In this document: piece after piece, positions 12,151 through 24,100 of the stretch | Numbering within the stretch: the stretch's first letter is position 1 | How the letters are laid out: the number at the start of each line of letters is the position of its first letter | Assembly (NCBI GenBank): GCA_028534125.1 | Contig: CM052818.1 | Span: forward strand, 43,898,001 to 43,962,000 | DNA length: 64,000 nt | Reading direction: 5' to 3' | DNA from: Lama glama | Lineage: Eukaryota | Program-made: the position numbers and the translations under genes | The notes under the pieces: generated by a model | The model's database searches: none | What the model saw: the letters and a program-made list of their open reading frames with translations, nothing else | What the model was told of the DNA's origin: nothing

Positions 12151-14879
12151 AAAATGGGAGACATTGCATACACAAGCTAATCATGTTTTGCTTTTAAATC
12201 TCAAACCCCACCCTGGTCTCTCAGCAGGAAGAGATCAGGACAGGGTGGGCCAGGGAGAGGCCAGGCTGGGAGTTCAGCCAGAAGAAGTGGGCTTGGTCTG
12301 GACGGGAAGTCGGGTGGCCTGAGGTCAGTGGAATCTGAAGTCTCTGAAGGCTATCCCACGGGGTGGACCCAAGCAGGCAAGGGGTCTAGCGAGAAAGGGC
12401 AGCTGCAGCCAGGTCTGGCCTTGCTTTGTCCGCTACCGCAAAGCCACCTTGGCTGCCAGTCCGCTTGTCCAGCAAGGGTCCCAGCTGGGCTACTGCTGGG
12501 GGGCCCCGAGGAAGGACCATCCCAACATCAGGGGCTGCATCATGCTGACCGGGCAGCCACCACTGGGACTCCACCAGCCACTAAACTGCCCAATAAATCC
12601 TCACACCTTTAATTCTGTTTCCTGTCTGCACAGATTTTCCAACAGTCACCTCGGAGAGCCACGATGAGCCAGGTCCTGTAGATTCAGGGAACAGACCCAA
12701 CACAGAGGTCACGCTGCTCACAAATTGACAAGAGAGCAGCAAGTAAAGCAGTGAGGGAACCACTTCAGGGCCAGTGGGGGGACACAGGGGAGGGCTGGTT
12801 AGTTCTACAGGGCGGTGTGTCCTCTCACTGCCTTACACCACCCACAATCTGGGAGGCGGGGGTTCCTGCACAGGTTTGATGCATGAGAAAATGCAGCTTG
12901 AAGCTGCTGGCTTGGGAACAGCGCAGCTGGGATGAGAGACGTAAGCCGACTCCAGCTCCCTGGTGTTTCCCAGCACCGGTTGCCTGGCCGTGAGGGCAGG
13001 TGCACGTCCGTGGCCCTGGTGGGAACGGGGAAGTCGTTCTACCTATGAGGCCTTCTGCCCACTCGGAGGACCTCCCACACTGCAGCCTGCCTCCCATCTC
13101 CGTAAACAGACCCGGGAAACTAAGGGAGGCAATGAAGCTCCAGACTCCTTATCAATACTCCATCCACCTCTAGCTCCCCTGCATTTAGACCTGGATCCCC
13201 GATGATCCCCAGACCCCAAATCCATCCACTCAGCCTCTCAGAAAAGCTTCTGCAAACAATCACCTCTGCTCCCTGCTGGACGGCGCTGCCCCGAGGGCCC
13301 ACTCAGCCCTGATCCTTCCAGGGAGAGCCAGGCGCACCCTGAGGGACTGTCCACACCTTGCTGCACAGACTGACTTGATGCCCAGAACATTTCTACCCAT
13401 GCCCCATGGGCGGGGTAGGAGCCAGGCCATCCCTCCAACTTCGCCACCCCCTGGAGCTCTGTAAGCAGTTGCTCCACACACTGGGCCAGACAGGGGTGCC
13501 CCACTTGGCAGAGCTCTGAACAGGGGCTCGCCCGGGTGGCCTCGGCACATACTGAACCAGTTCAGGACGTCAGAGCTGGGTTCTGATCTTGGTTGTATCA
13601 ATAATATGTTTTTGCACTTCGGGGAAGGAACTTCCCTTCTGGATTTCTGTATCTGTTAACATAAACGAGTTGGGTTTAAATCCCCCTTTACCCCTCCCCG
13701 CCTCAGTCCCACTGCCGGAGTCCTGGTTCAGCCCCAGCATTCAGAAGCCGATATCCATCCCCAGTCCATCCTTCACACACACTTTCAGAATCCCAGCCTG
13801 ACCCCGTCCCTGCACCGTCTAGAACAAAGCCTTCACTGGATTGTCCTGAGCTTCAGGTCAAGGTCAAGGTCTCAGGCAGGAAGCCAAGGCCCTAGACCTC
13901 TGCTCCCCTCCTCAGCCCCGTCTCTGTCCCCGCACAGTGCCCGCCCTCCCCACACACTGCTCGCACTTTCTGGACTCCCTCCCCTTCCCTCCCACGTCAC
14001 TCGGAACAGCCCTGCGAAGGAGCCCATCTCCTGCCTGATGCAGGCATTCTCTACACCCCACTCCATCTTGGGGATACCCTCTTCCAGCTTCCAGACAGCT
14101 AACGCACACCCTTCCTCTGTGACACGGTGTTAGCAATAACCATTGCACTGTGTCTTCCATTCGGCGAGGCTGTCTCGTGTTGATTCTTGCACCCCCGGCA
14201 CCTAACACTGCAGATAGTGTATCATAGGTGCTTAATAAATGTTTGTGAGATGGTGCGATTCCCAGGGCTAAGACGCCTCCAGCTCCAACTTGCTGCCAAG
14301 CGCTCAGGGCATCTAGGTGTGACTGTGCTTAAGAACCACAATGTCTAGAACCCAAGGAAATTTCAAATAGGCTGGATTCTAGTCCATGGTTTAGAGCAAT
14401 TCCAAAGACGCCTGGGTAAGAGACATTAAAATGTGTTTCCAACCACTGACTTCTGCTGTCAGTATATTTAGGGGATTTTTCTTACAACATTTATGCCTTC
14501 AGGGCATATGGGTCTATTCATCACCCATTGAGTCAACTGTCATACATACACTGAGTGCTTACAATGCTGGGTCCTGTGCGAGGCATGAGGGACAGAAAGT
14601 TAAAAGGATCTCGGCTTATAGTTCTGCAGAGGAAACAAAGCCTGCTCCATAAAATGGAACAGGATATAGCAGGATTGCCTTCGGGTTGGGTGCCTGGTGG
14701 CCCAGTCTACGTCGGCCATGACTGCTCAGAGAAATCTGACCACTGGGCTTCACCCAGACCCCAGTCGGCCAGGTCCTCGTGGTGTTCACTTGTTGCCTAA
14801 CTGCACCAGAAAATTCTTTCTACAGGTTGAGCCCAAGGGTGGTATTTTACTTGGTGGCAGCTTCCTGGAGCTAATGTAG

Positions 14880-15095
14880 CATTTGAAGATCTAAGCTCGG
14901 GAGCCAGGTCTCCTGGGTACCACCCGCAGGTCTGCTGCTGATTCACTGTAAGACCCTGAGCCTCAGTTTCTTCATCTGTAAAATGGTGGTAACAGTCGCA
15001 GTCCCTCACTTATTGGGTTTAAATTTCTCTATTTAAATGTAGTGACTGCTTAGGATTAAAGCAGTTAATTTAAGTGTAGTTAGAACAGGGGCTGG
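14880..15095 (+). mobile_element. MIR
   Basis: ctgagcctcagtttcttcatctgtaaaatgg core. Confidence 0.65.
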
Positions 15096-15129
15096 TATGA
15101 TGGACCCGAGATACAGTTTCACTAAAATG

Positions 15130-15245
15130 TAAGTCCCATAAGAGCAGGGTTTCTGTTTCATATGCCAGTGGAGTACCTCCAGCACCTAGAATAGTGCCAG
15201 GCATATACTGGGTCCTCCACAAACATTTGTTAAGCAAATACACGA
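15130..15245 (+). mobile_element. L2 3' end
   Basis: ccagcacctagaatagtgccaggcata...aaacatttgtt. Confidence 0.65.
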
Positions 15246-15534
15246 ATTTCTAGATTGTTGGGGTATGAGGCTCAAAGCCTCAGATGCCGCCCGAGGGCAG
15301 TCATGACAGCTATTCTTTCTAAGTCCCTGCAGGGTGCCAGGCTGTGCACCGGCTACTTTTAAGTTCATTATCTCCAACCCACGTCAGAGAAGGCAGGCCA
15401 AGGTCAAATGGTTAAGCAGAGGACTCAAAACTCTCACCTCATCTGCCAGGCGTCCGGGGGCAGTCTACCCCATCAGCTAACTGAGTAAGCCCAAACAGTA
15501 AACAGGCTAGCTAGAAAACCCACTATTAATGATT

Positions 15535-15582
15535 CATAATGTTGTGTTAGGTTCTGGTGCACAGCATAGTGAATCAACTATA
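15535..15582 (-). mobile_element. Short L1 3' end fragment
   Basis: ataatgttgtgttaggttctggtgcacagcatagtgaatca matches the same L1 3' motif. Confidence 0.45.
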
Positions 15583-18500
15583 ATTCAATTGAAAAAAAAA
15601 AGGAACACCTACTATTTCGTCTATTTCTAAGCACAGAATTTTGAGGAAGTTCGCCCCTAATGGTGACTTGAAGCCTTTCATAAATAAAATGACACCCCCA
15701 CCATAGACACTGATAATGGTGTCTTAAATAAATGTCACTTTTGCATAAATCATTAAATCAAATGGGAATGATGGGACATGTGTTCCTCGATGCGGAACTT
15801 TGAGAACAGTTCTCGTTAAAAAGGTGCCTCTGGGTGATTCCTAAGGGCTGGTCTTTCCGGGCTCCCGTTCTGAGCCATGACCCAGATGATCAATGTATCA
15901 GCACTTTCCCTGCCTCTCCCGCTCCATTAGACTCCAATCTGAGCTTCTCCTACTCAAGAGAAGAGATTTTCATCTATTCAGTGACAACCATGTTCTGGGA
16001 ACAGCGCACACGGCACAGTCTCTGCCCCCCAGGAGCTCCCGGTCCAGCAGATGAAGACAGACTCAAGATGCACACGGAACATACGAACAGAGTGGGGGAC
16101 AGAGTGCAAGTGTTGGGGTGGAGGGTGGGCAGCTCACCCACACATCCTGGGAAGAAGGCTGGGGGGGAGGGGAGCTTTCTCTAAGGATGGGCAGTGTCTG
16201 AGGTGCATAAAAGTCATCAACATAAATAAGAGAATTCCAGGAGCCCTGTCTCCTTAGAAGAAAAAGGTACGGTGTTTTCCTAAAGTATGACGAGCCTACA
16301 GCTTAACCTGAATGGCTATTAATAAAAGAAAGCGGAGTCTGGGCTCCAGGGCTCCAGCGCCTGTCCTCTGCACTTCTTAGTGTGGGAGGGAAAGGCCTGC
16401 ACCCGACAGGGAGCTGCAGGACCCGAGCCCGGGCCACGGGGTTCCTCCCAAGGGTCCCGGCTTCCCTCCTGCAGAAGCGGGCACTGACTGGCTTCCACAA
16501 AGCAGAGGAAATGAAACCTGTGACATCAAGAGATACAGATCTTCTAACCGAAGAAGAAACACACACAGAAGCAGTCTTCTCTGTTCACATGGGCTACTTC
16601 TGTGCCAAGAAATGTCAGCACTGAACTGTGCTTGGGGGCAGGGAAGGGAAGGGAAGGGGGTCAGCTGGCCAGGAGCCTGGTCCTAAAGGGAAGGAGCAAT
16701 CCAGCTGGTAAACAAGGATGGTGCTGGGAACGATGCCCCCCGCTTTCTTTAGGTGGCCCCCCTGCAGCGCCAGCTTGCACTGGCATCCAGAGCGCTTCAC
16801 ATCTGACTCAACATGCTGGCCCTGTGTCACCAGGAGGGCCAGACACCAAGTGCAGAGGGGGCTGAAAACAGCAGGGGCAAGCACATGCTGGTGGCTGACT
16901 GTGCGCCAAGCATCAGGTTCGCTGCAGTTAATTCATTTAATTTCATGAGGGAAGGCTTCTTGTTATGATGAGGCACCGGGGCAGGAGAGGTTAGGTAACT
17001 TGTCAAAGTTAAGTTCGTGAAGAAGTGCGAGAGGCCAGATTGGAATCCAGACAGCAAGCGACTCCCCACGGGAGTAACCCGCCTTGTCCCTTAGAGGCTG
17101 GGACTGAAGCCTGGGGCCTCAAGGCACAGGCTGCCCGGCAGATCCCTCCAGCCCCAGGGCAGCGCGAGCGGCGCCGGAGGGCACGGGCACACCCTTTGGG
17201 GATCTGGGCACTGACTTTTCTCAGATCCAGGGCCCCCATCCACGGGGGCCCCTCCTACTCGCACAGAACATCTCAGATTTTACTACAGGAACTGTGGATG
17301 CAAAAGGTGTGTCCAAAGTGACTTCCATTCCGGGAGGGGTTTAACTTCCTCAAAACACAGCGATGATGGAGGCTCTGCCCTGCAGAAACTTCCCAGCAGG
17401 GGCAGAAGCGCAGTGGACGGTCCAGGCCTGGTGGGGCGGATCCCGCAATCCCTGCCTGTACTTCTGTCCGCCTTCCCCTTTGTACATCTTGTCTACCTTC
17501 TTATCCCTCTTCTGCCCCTTCTGCGCTGCAGTTCCACACGCCATGCACTTGGCCTGTCAGTCTCCCTCTTAACACGGATCCAGTGATTATAATTAAACAA
17601 AAAAGCAAGGAGGATGTGACTTAAAGCTGAACCCTTACATCACCAGGGCTCGACTCTTCACGGAAATGGCTGCCACCTTCTCCGTGAACCTCCAGAGCCC
17701 TGGGAACTGCTCCCCAGGACGGTGCCACTTCATCAGTGACTCTAGGACCGGCTGTTGAGTAGCCCTGCCCCGTGAGTCACAGAATCATCCAACTCTCACA
17801 TCCACCCTACAGAGATGCAATTATTATTCCTGCTTAGAGGAAACTGCAGCTCAGAAGCATTAACTGACTTAATCGAGTAGCTAATAAGTAGTACAGCCAG
17901 AATTGGAGTCTGGCTCCAATAAAACAGAATAAATAAATAAAAATAAACAAATAAAACAGGAGCAGAAGAATCTGAGGTGCTGCAGACTCAATACAGAGGC
18001 AGCAGGCACACGAGCACCAGGTCCTAACAGAACACTGGGTGTCGTCTGTGTACGTCTGCAAAGCTACTTGTGGGCAACTGACAGTTCCAGTAAGAACGTT
18101 TTCATGGATGGCCATGGACTCAAAAGTTATAGACGGCCCAGAATTGAAAATCTATGCATAAGAAGTCAGCACAAAGGCGGGCCTCTTTCTGGACCAGGTG
18201 GGGCACAGCCAATTTCACTACGCAATGCTTTCACCTTCGATCACTTTCAAGCTCCTCAAGGATGGAGAAGCACATCCTTGAGAGGGAGAAGACTGATGTG
18301 CAAAAGAGGTGTCTGGTGATGTGAAGCATAATAAAGCAGTGTTTCCAAAAATTTCTCCTATGCTCCACGCCCCCCCCCCCACCAGGACCAATGCCTTACC
18401 GATCAGAAAACAGATTCAAGACTCCATCGTTCAACTCTTAAAGCCTCTCAAATTCAACCCATTGTTTCTCACACTTAGATGCCATCAGGAGAGAAGGAAG

Positions 18501-20279
18501 CTTTTAGACCTATTGGATTGTCTATTGATTAGGACCAAAACTGAGAGCTGCCAGCAGCACAGCCCCAAACAGGTCCAGGGCCCCTGACTCCTGTTTCCCT
18601 CGGGAGATGCAGAAGAGATGCACCGGGAAGCCACTGTGCAGAGCAACCAAGAGAGACTCCAGCATGAAACTCAGTGGCTTTTGGGAGACACAGAGTGTGC
18701 TGAATGACAGTCTCGCAGTCAGAATTCGAGAGCTTAAAAACCAAACAGCGAGAAGAAAGAAGGCTACTAAGCATCATTTATCTTTTACAAAATGTTGATA
18801 GTTGGGTGGGAAAAAAAAAGGTCCTATCAGCTACTGATAAAATTCAGGATGTTCTCAAAAAAAAAGCGACCTTCTCAGACAGAGGCACTGGTCGTGTTTG
18901 AAAAAGCAAGTCCACTGGGACCTTGGTGTGGTTTGGGGCAGAGAAAGCGCTCTGGAGGGAAATGATAGGATTTCTAGACTAGCTCCGTTGTCAGACCATC
19001 GGTGTGACCTTGAGCAAGGTCACCGTCACCTCCCTGATCACATGGGGAGCTCTCTTTGCCCCGACGGTCCCTCGGGAGGCAGGGCTGCCTGGGCTCGTGT
19101 GTTCAGACACGCCAGGATGGCTGATGACCTACCTGTCACTTACGTTTTCTTTTTCAGGAGGAAAATGCTCTTTGAAGTTAAAAAAGATTGCGCTTTGACG
19201 TGCTTGCTCCAGTGGAGTGTCCTGGTTTCACAGTCACATGAGATACCTCTTTCTAGCTCTTTCTAGAAAGGGCCACGCCCTTTTGCCTATGTCAAACTTA
19301 ACTCCAGACTGAAATAAGAGAACGGTAACCAGGGCCCCACACTCTAGATCTCAGAATAGCACCCCCCACCTTCTTTAGTAGGTTAGTAAGAGTAAAACCC
19401 ATCCGCATCAGAGCCTGAGATAGTAGCCACCGTGGATGCGTATGATTCTCCTTTATGGGTAAAAATATGGAACAGTAACTAACACCCAGGAAATCCAGCG
19501 GTCCTCTGCACCTTGCAAACTCAGCTGGATTATAAACGTTATCCATTGGGGTCAAGTAACAGCACACCCTCTCACCTGTGCTAATCCCAGAATGCTTCCC
19601 AGACACTTAGTGCCCGATGAGCTCAAACCACGGAGATGGAAAAACCAAAGAACACCCCACTAGACTCCTCTCATTTGGATGCCATCAGACTTCTAGAAAA
19701 GCAAGAGCCTAAAAATATCATAGGCCACTGGCATAGATGGCAAACTAACTGGAAGACAGACAGATTTGACAGCAAGATCTGTGCCAGTCACATAAAAGGT
19801 ACTCCAGGAATGTTTGCTGAGTGACTGAATGATGTGCGCCAGCCTTGAATTCAGCTGGTCCTTAATAGCTTTGGGACAATGGAACCTCCACTTCACTAAG
19901 CACTTTCCTCATGGGAGACGAGGATGCCCAAGGCAGGCATGCACATTCCATGACATCATGTACCCAGAGCCCCTAGAACATTCTTGGAATAGTCAGCAAT
20001 GAATATAAATCAGTAGCCTCCACTCCTTTAACAAAGCACATTGTTAAAAAGAAAAAAGTCACTTGAAAGAGTTTTTACAATCAGAGTCAGCTGGAGGAAA
20101 AAGCAGAGCCCCCGTGGGGTCTGCTAAATAGAATGTAATGAGTTAATGGAAGAGCCATGAATGGGGCCCAGATGCCCAGCATCCCGTCTTGCCGTGTCCT
20201 AAAATAACCGAGATCTTTCGACTGCCGAGCACGCACCCTGGTGGTTTTTTTACCTGCCGGTCCTTCTCACGGGGCCTGT

Positions 20280-20560
20280 AACCTCCTCACCTTTCAAGCC
20301 TTGGCTCCAAAATCACCTCTCCTATAAAAACTTTCTTGATTCTCCAAGTCTTTGTTAGAACTGATATCCCAGCCCCCAGCCCCGCTCTGGCCTGTACATA
20401 CCTGCACGCGGGGCCTGTAACATGTCTTTCTAGGTCAGGTGACTAGCTAATCCTGGTCTTCATAGTACTGAGACTTGTGATTCATACTTAGGAACAGACT
20501 CAGGGAATATCTATGGAATGAGTGAATGCATGAATGCATGAATGAATGAATGATAAATGA
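20280..20560 (+). mobile_element. L2 3' end with (GAAT)n tail
   Basis: aaaatcacctctcctataaaaactttcttga...gaatgaatgaatga. Confidence 0.6.
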
Positions 20561-20881
20561 CTGAGGCCAGGCGCTAAACATTCTGAAGGCAGGATTTTCA
20601 AAGTCTTGCCTTATTCACTCTGAAAATGCTACACAGGCTTGCAGCCACCTTCAGAGCTCACAGCACCAAAATAAATATGATTACTGGGTCACAGAATATC
20701 CTGGCACTTGTGAGCATTTGATAACATCTTTAAAACACTGCAGTATTCATCTCTCTTAGCCCTTTCGCGCTCCTGTCTCACCTGGACCGCAGGCAGCAAA
20801 AAACGCCCGGCCCCAGCGGTCCAGCAAGATGCTCTGAGCAGCCTATAATGGTGCCTGGGTCTGGACAGGAAGGAGACTCAC

Positions 20882-21174
20882 CTCTCTTCGTCCTTAAAGA
20901 TAAATTTCCGCAGCTTGAGATCCCGCAGCACCAGCCCCCCGTCGTGGCAGTGGGCCACTGCCGAGGCGATCTGGTAGAACAGTCTGGCCGCCTCCTCCTC
21001 CCTCAGCTTCTTGCAGGTGCGGACGAAAGAATGCATGTCCCCATAGCTTCGCTCGAAGAACACATAGGCTTTGGTCTCCCCCAGGATAATTTCGGTGATC
21101 TGGTTGATGTTGCTGTGGGCAGACAGGCAGAAGCAGGGGGCCAGGGACTCCTGGTAGCAGCTGATATCAAACAC
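20882..21174 (-). CDS. TRIB2: TRIB2 coding exon 2 ([16 protein letters not shown]...[16 protein letters not shown])
   Basis: Acceptor ctgttccag|GTG with CTGAC branch-like motif at 21208-21204; donor AG|GTGAGT; 293 nt; contains the Tribbles catalytic-loop variant LRDLKLRKF and Cys96/Cys104. Confidence 0.98.
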
Positions 21175-24100
21175 CTGGAACAGGATTCACAACAAGACCA
21201 AGAGTCAGAGGTGCCCCATATACCACCAACCGCGGGACGCGGACCCCTCCCACAGACACGGGCCTTTGAGACGGCAGAAGGCATGCTGAACCTGGACCCA
21301 GGTCACACAGCACCTGCCTCCTGCCCGCTGTGTGGCAATGAATAAGTCACTTGACCTCTCTGAGCCTCCAAATGTTCATGTGTAAAATGAGTAAATGCTA
21401 CCTGACTCACAGTGTTGGGAGGATTACAGGACAAAGTGAAGGTAAGCGTGCTTTGCAAGATGTAATACAATTTCCAGATGGTAAGGTGGATTATTTTTTC
21501 TCTCTATCCCAAATGCTTCTGTTTATAGAAGAATTAAGGCAAAAAGCGGAGAGAAAGTGACCCATCCCATCCTACAAAGACAATACTTTATTTATCTTCC
21601 CCCAAAAAACAGTACACTCACACCATACAAGTATATACAACCTATTCTGTGCTACACAATTGGATTACAAGCAATATACAACATACTAGCAATTCATAGA
21701 TTAAATATGTAGACTTTGCCTACAGGTTACCAAATTCAGTACCTTCATTTGACAGATGTGGACACTGAAGCTCAGACAACACATCAAATCAGGCCCCCAG
21801 TGGCAGAGCTGGGAAAGGACTCAGCCCTTCCTATGAGGAAGGCAGACACACCTTTCTCTCTTCCCTCCAAGACATCTAGCTCAATGAATCAGTTATGCAA
21901 TGATTTTTCTATGAATCAAAGTTAGCTGGTGAAATGCCACCTCATTGTGGGGTTCTTTAGAAAGAAAATCCACCCTCAGTACCTTCTGGAAACAGACCTA
22001 AGAGGAATTAATACTGCAGAGATTTTTTTTTGAGGTTATAAGAAAATGCTGTCATTCATTTCAAGCCCTCCACTGCACCAGGAATACAAATCTCTGGGTT
22101 TGGAATGTGGTTTTACTATCTGCCTGGGAACGTGGGTGCGATGAGTCTATTCGGTGACTGCAGGAGTGGGGCGGGGGTGGGGGTGCTGTGCTGAGAGCAT
22201 CCAAGGCCAGGACTGCTCTAACAACAAGACACTGAATGTTATCCGTTCACCATCATTTAGTTTCTTAAATCTCTTTTTCATTAGTTAGAACATACTCTCC
22301 TTGACCAGCATTTTGCAGTGTGGTGGGGGGAAATACTGGCCTAGAAATCATCAAATTTGAGCATCTAATCCTGGCTTGGCTACCGACAATCTGGATGAGG
22401 TGGATAAAACACTCAGAATCCCTGGGCTTCCCTCCTCTTCCTAAAGTGAAGATGTTGATTTACAGCATTGTTGACCAGTTTGGGGTCCAGACCCCCCCCC
22501 AATCCCGAGAATCTGATTAAAGGTCTGTCCCTTCTTAGCTGACAATGCCCATCCTCAAATGCAGGCACGAGGCTGGATTTGTTTTCAGGGGATTCACAGG
22601 CTTTCCAAAACCCATCCCAGGCCCCAGGCTGCCATTTAAAATCCATGAGGTAAGTCGCTCTTAGCTTCAAAAAACAAAAACAAAAAAATTGGTGAGTCAA
22701 ACAGGGCTAGTAAGGATGTCAGGAGGGCTGGTGCTAACCCTGAGCAAGGAAGCAAAGGAACGTTGTGAATGAATCGTCATGAAGCATCTCAGGAAGGCGG
22801 CAAGCTGCTGCCACTATAACCTAGAATTTAAGAATGAATTCTTCAATGTCTCCAGAGACCACAAATCACACCCCTGATACTGTCAAATGATGACCTGGAA
22901 GCAGTGACCTCAGAGGTCCGTTCAATTTGGAATCTCAAATGCCTGAGTCAACTTTAACACCCAGACTGCAGGCAGCAGAAACCCAGGAAAGCCTCAAAAA
23001 TTTCAGAGAGTTATAAACGCTTTGCAGTGGCTACTGTAAATACTTTGCGTTACATAACGGGGATGTTGTGTTCTGAAGCACCAGGCTGCAGGCTCTGCCG
23101 CCAATGCTCATGGAGTTAGGATTATTTATAACATACTTCCTGCTTCAAGCTGCATTTTTTAAATAAATAAAAGGTTTTTTTTTTTTTTTGCTCAGCACCT
23201 TTAGTCTATTATCCTATCCCACTGCTGAAAAACTGGATGGATACTGAAATTTAAAGAAAAAAAAAATCAAACATATTCATGGCAGCTTCAAAATGTAGCC
23301 TTACCCTTTGTAGACGAGATCAAATTCCAAGATGGTGGACAGAGCATGAAAAATAAAGCAAGTACTTATGTTTTCCCAAATGGGTAGGAACCAAACTTTT
23401 ATTAGTAGCTATAACAGGCATTTATGGGCTTGAATTGGTATTTAAAGTATCACCTTCAAGTGCAAAATCAAGCCATAAGCCTGGTTGCCTGCTTTTTTTT
23501 TTTATGTTTAATTTAGAGCCATGTTATATAATGTGACAGTTCAGATAAGGTAGTGAGATTAGGCCATCATTAATAGCATTTGCAAAAAAAAAAATGCCCA
23601 TTTTGCCAAGATAGTAATTACGTCAATCTGCACAGTAGCCACAAGCATTTCCATGAAAACGATAAATCAAGAGCCCTCTAAAGCCCCCTTCCTTCGTTTG
23701 CCTAGATTATATATAGTAGGCACATGGAGACAATAAACAGGCTTGATTATTTGGGTTAAATGGCTGTCCAGTCTCTCTCCTCCAAAATAGTGTCCTCTAG
23801 AATTCTCTACAGTTCTCTGTACATGGCACCTTTGCATTGGATCTGTTTTTGCAGACTTTTTCCTTGGGTCAACACAGAGGCAGGAGATAGGAACTCTATA
23901 TTCCAAGACTTCAAAAGAAACTGGATACTATGTGCAGATTGCACTGAGTCTTGCAGTAAACTAGGTCCACAGTGTCTATTTGAGAGTAGTTCATAGAAGC
24001 AGCCTTATAAAACTGCTGGGAGCTTCCAGGGATGTATACAACTATCCTTGCATAAGAAGCCTCCCGCATCACCTCTGGTAAAAAGGCAGGGAAACAGAAG

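Larger units (their letters stand above)
5844..20881 (-). other. TRIB2: TRIB2 intron 2 (15038 nt, GT-AG, phase 2)
   Basis: AG|GTGAGT ... TTGCAG|G rebuilds the Arg188 codon AGG. Confidence 0.95.

Noticed and set aside
17391..17406. CTCF-like motif
   Set aside because: One G short of the core consensus spacing; not supportable without a PWM scan.
20848..21345. 165-aa plus-strand ORF
   Set aside because: Antisense shadow of exon 2 running into a MIR.
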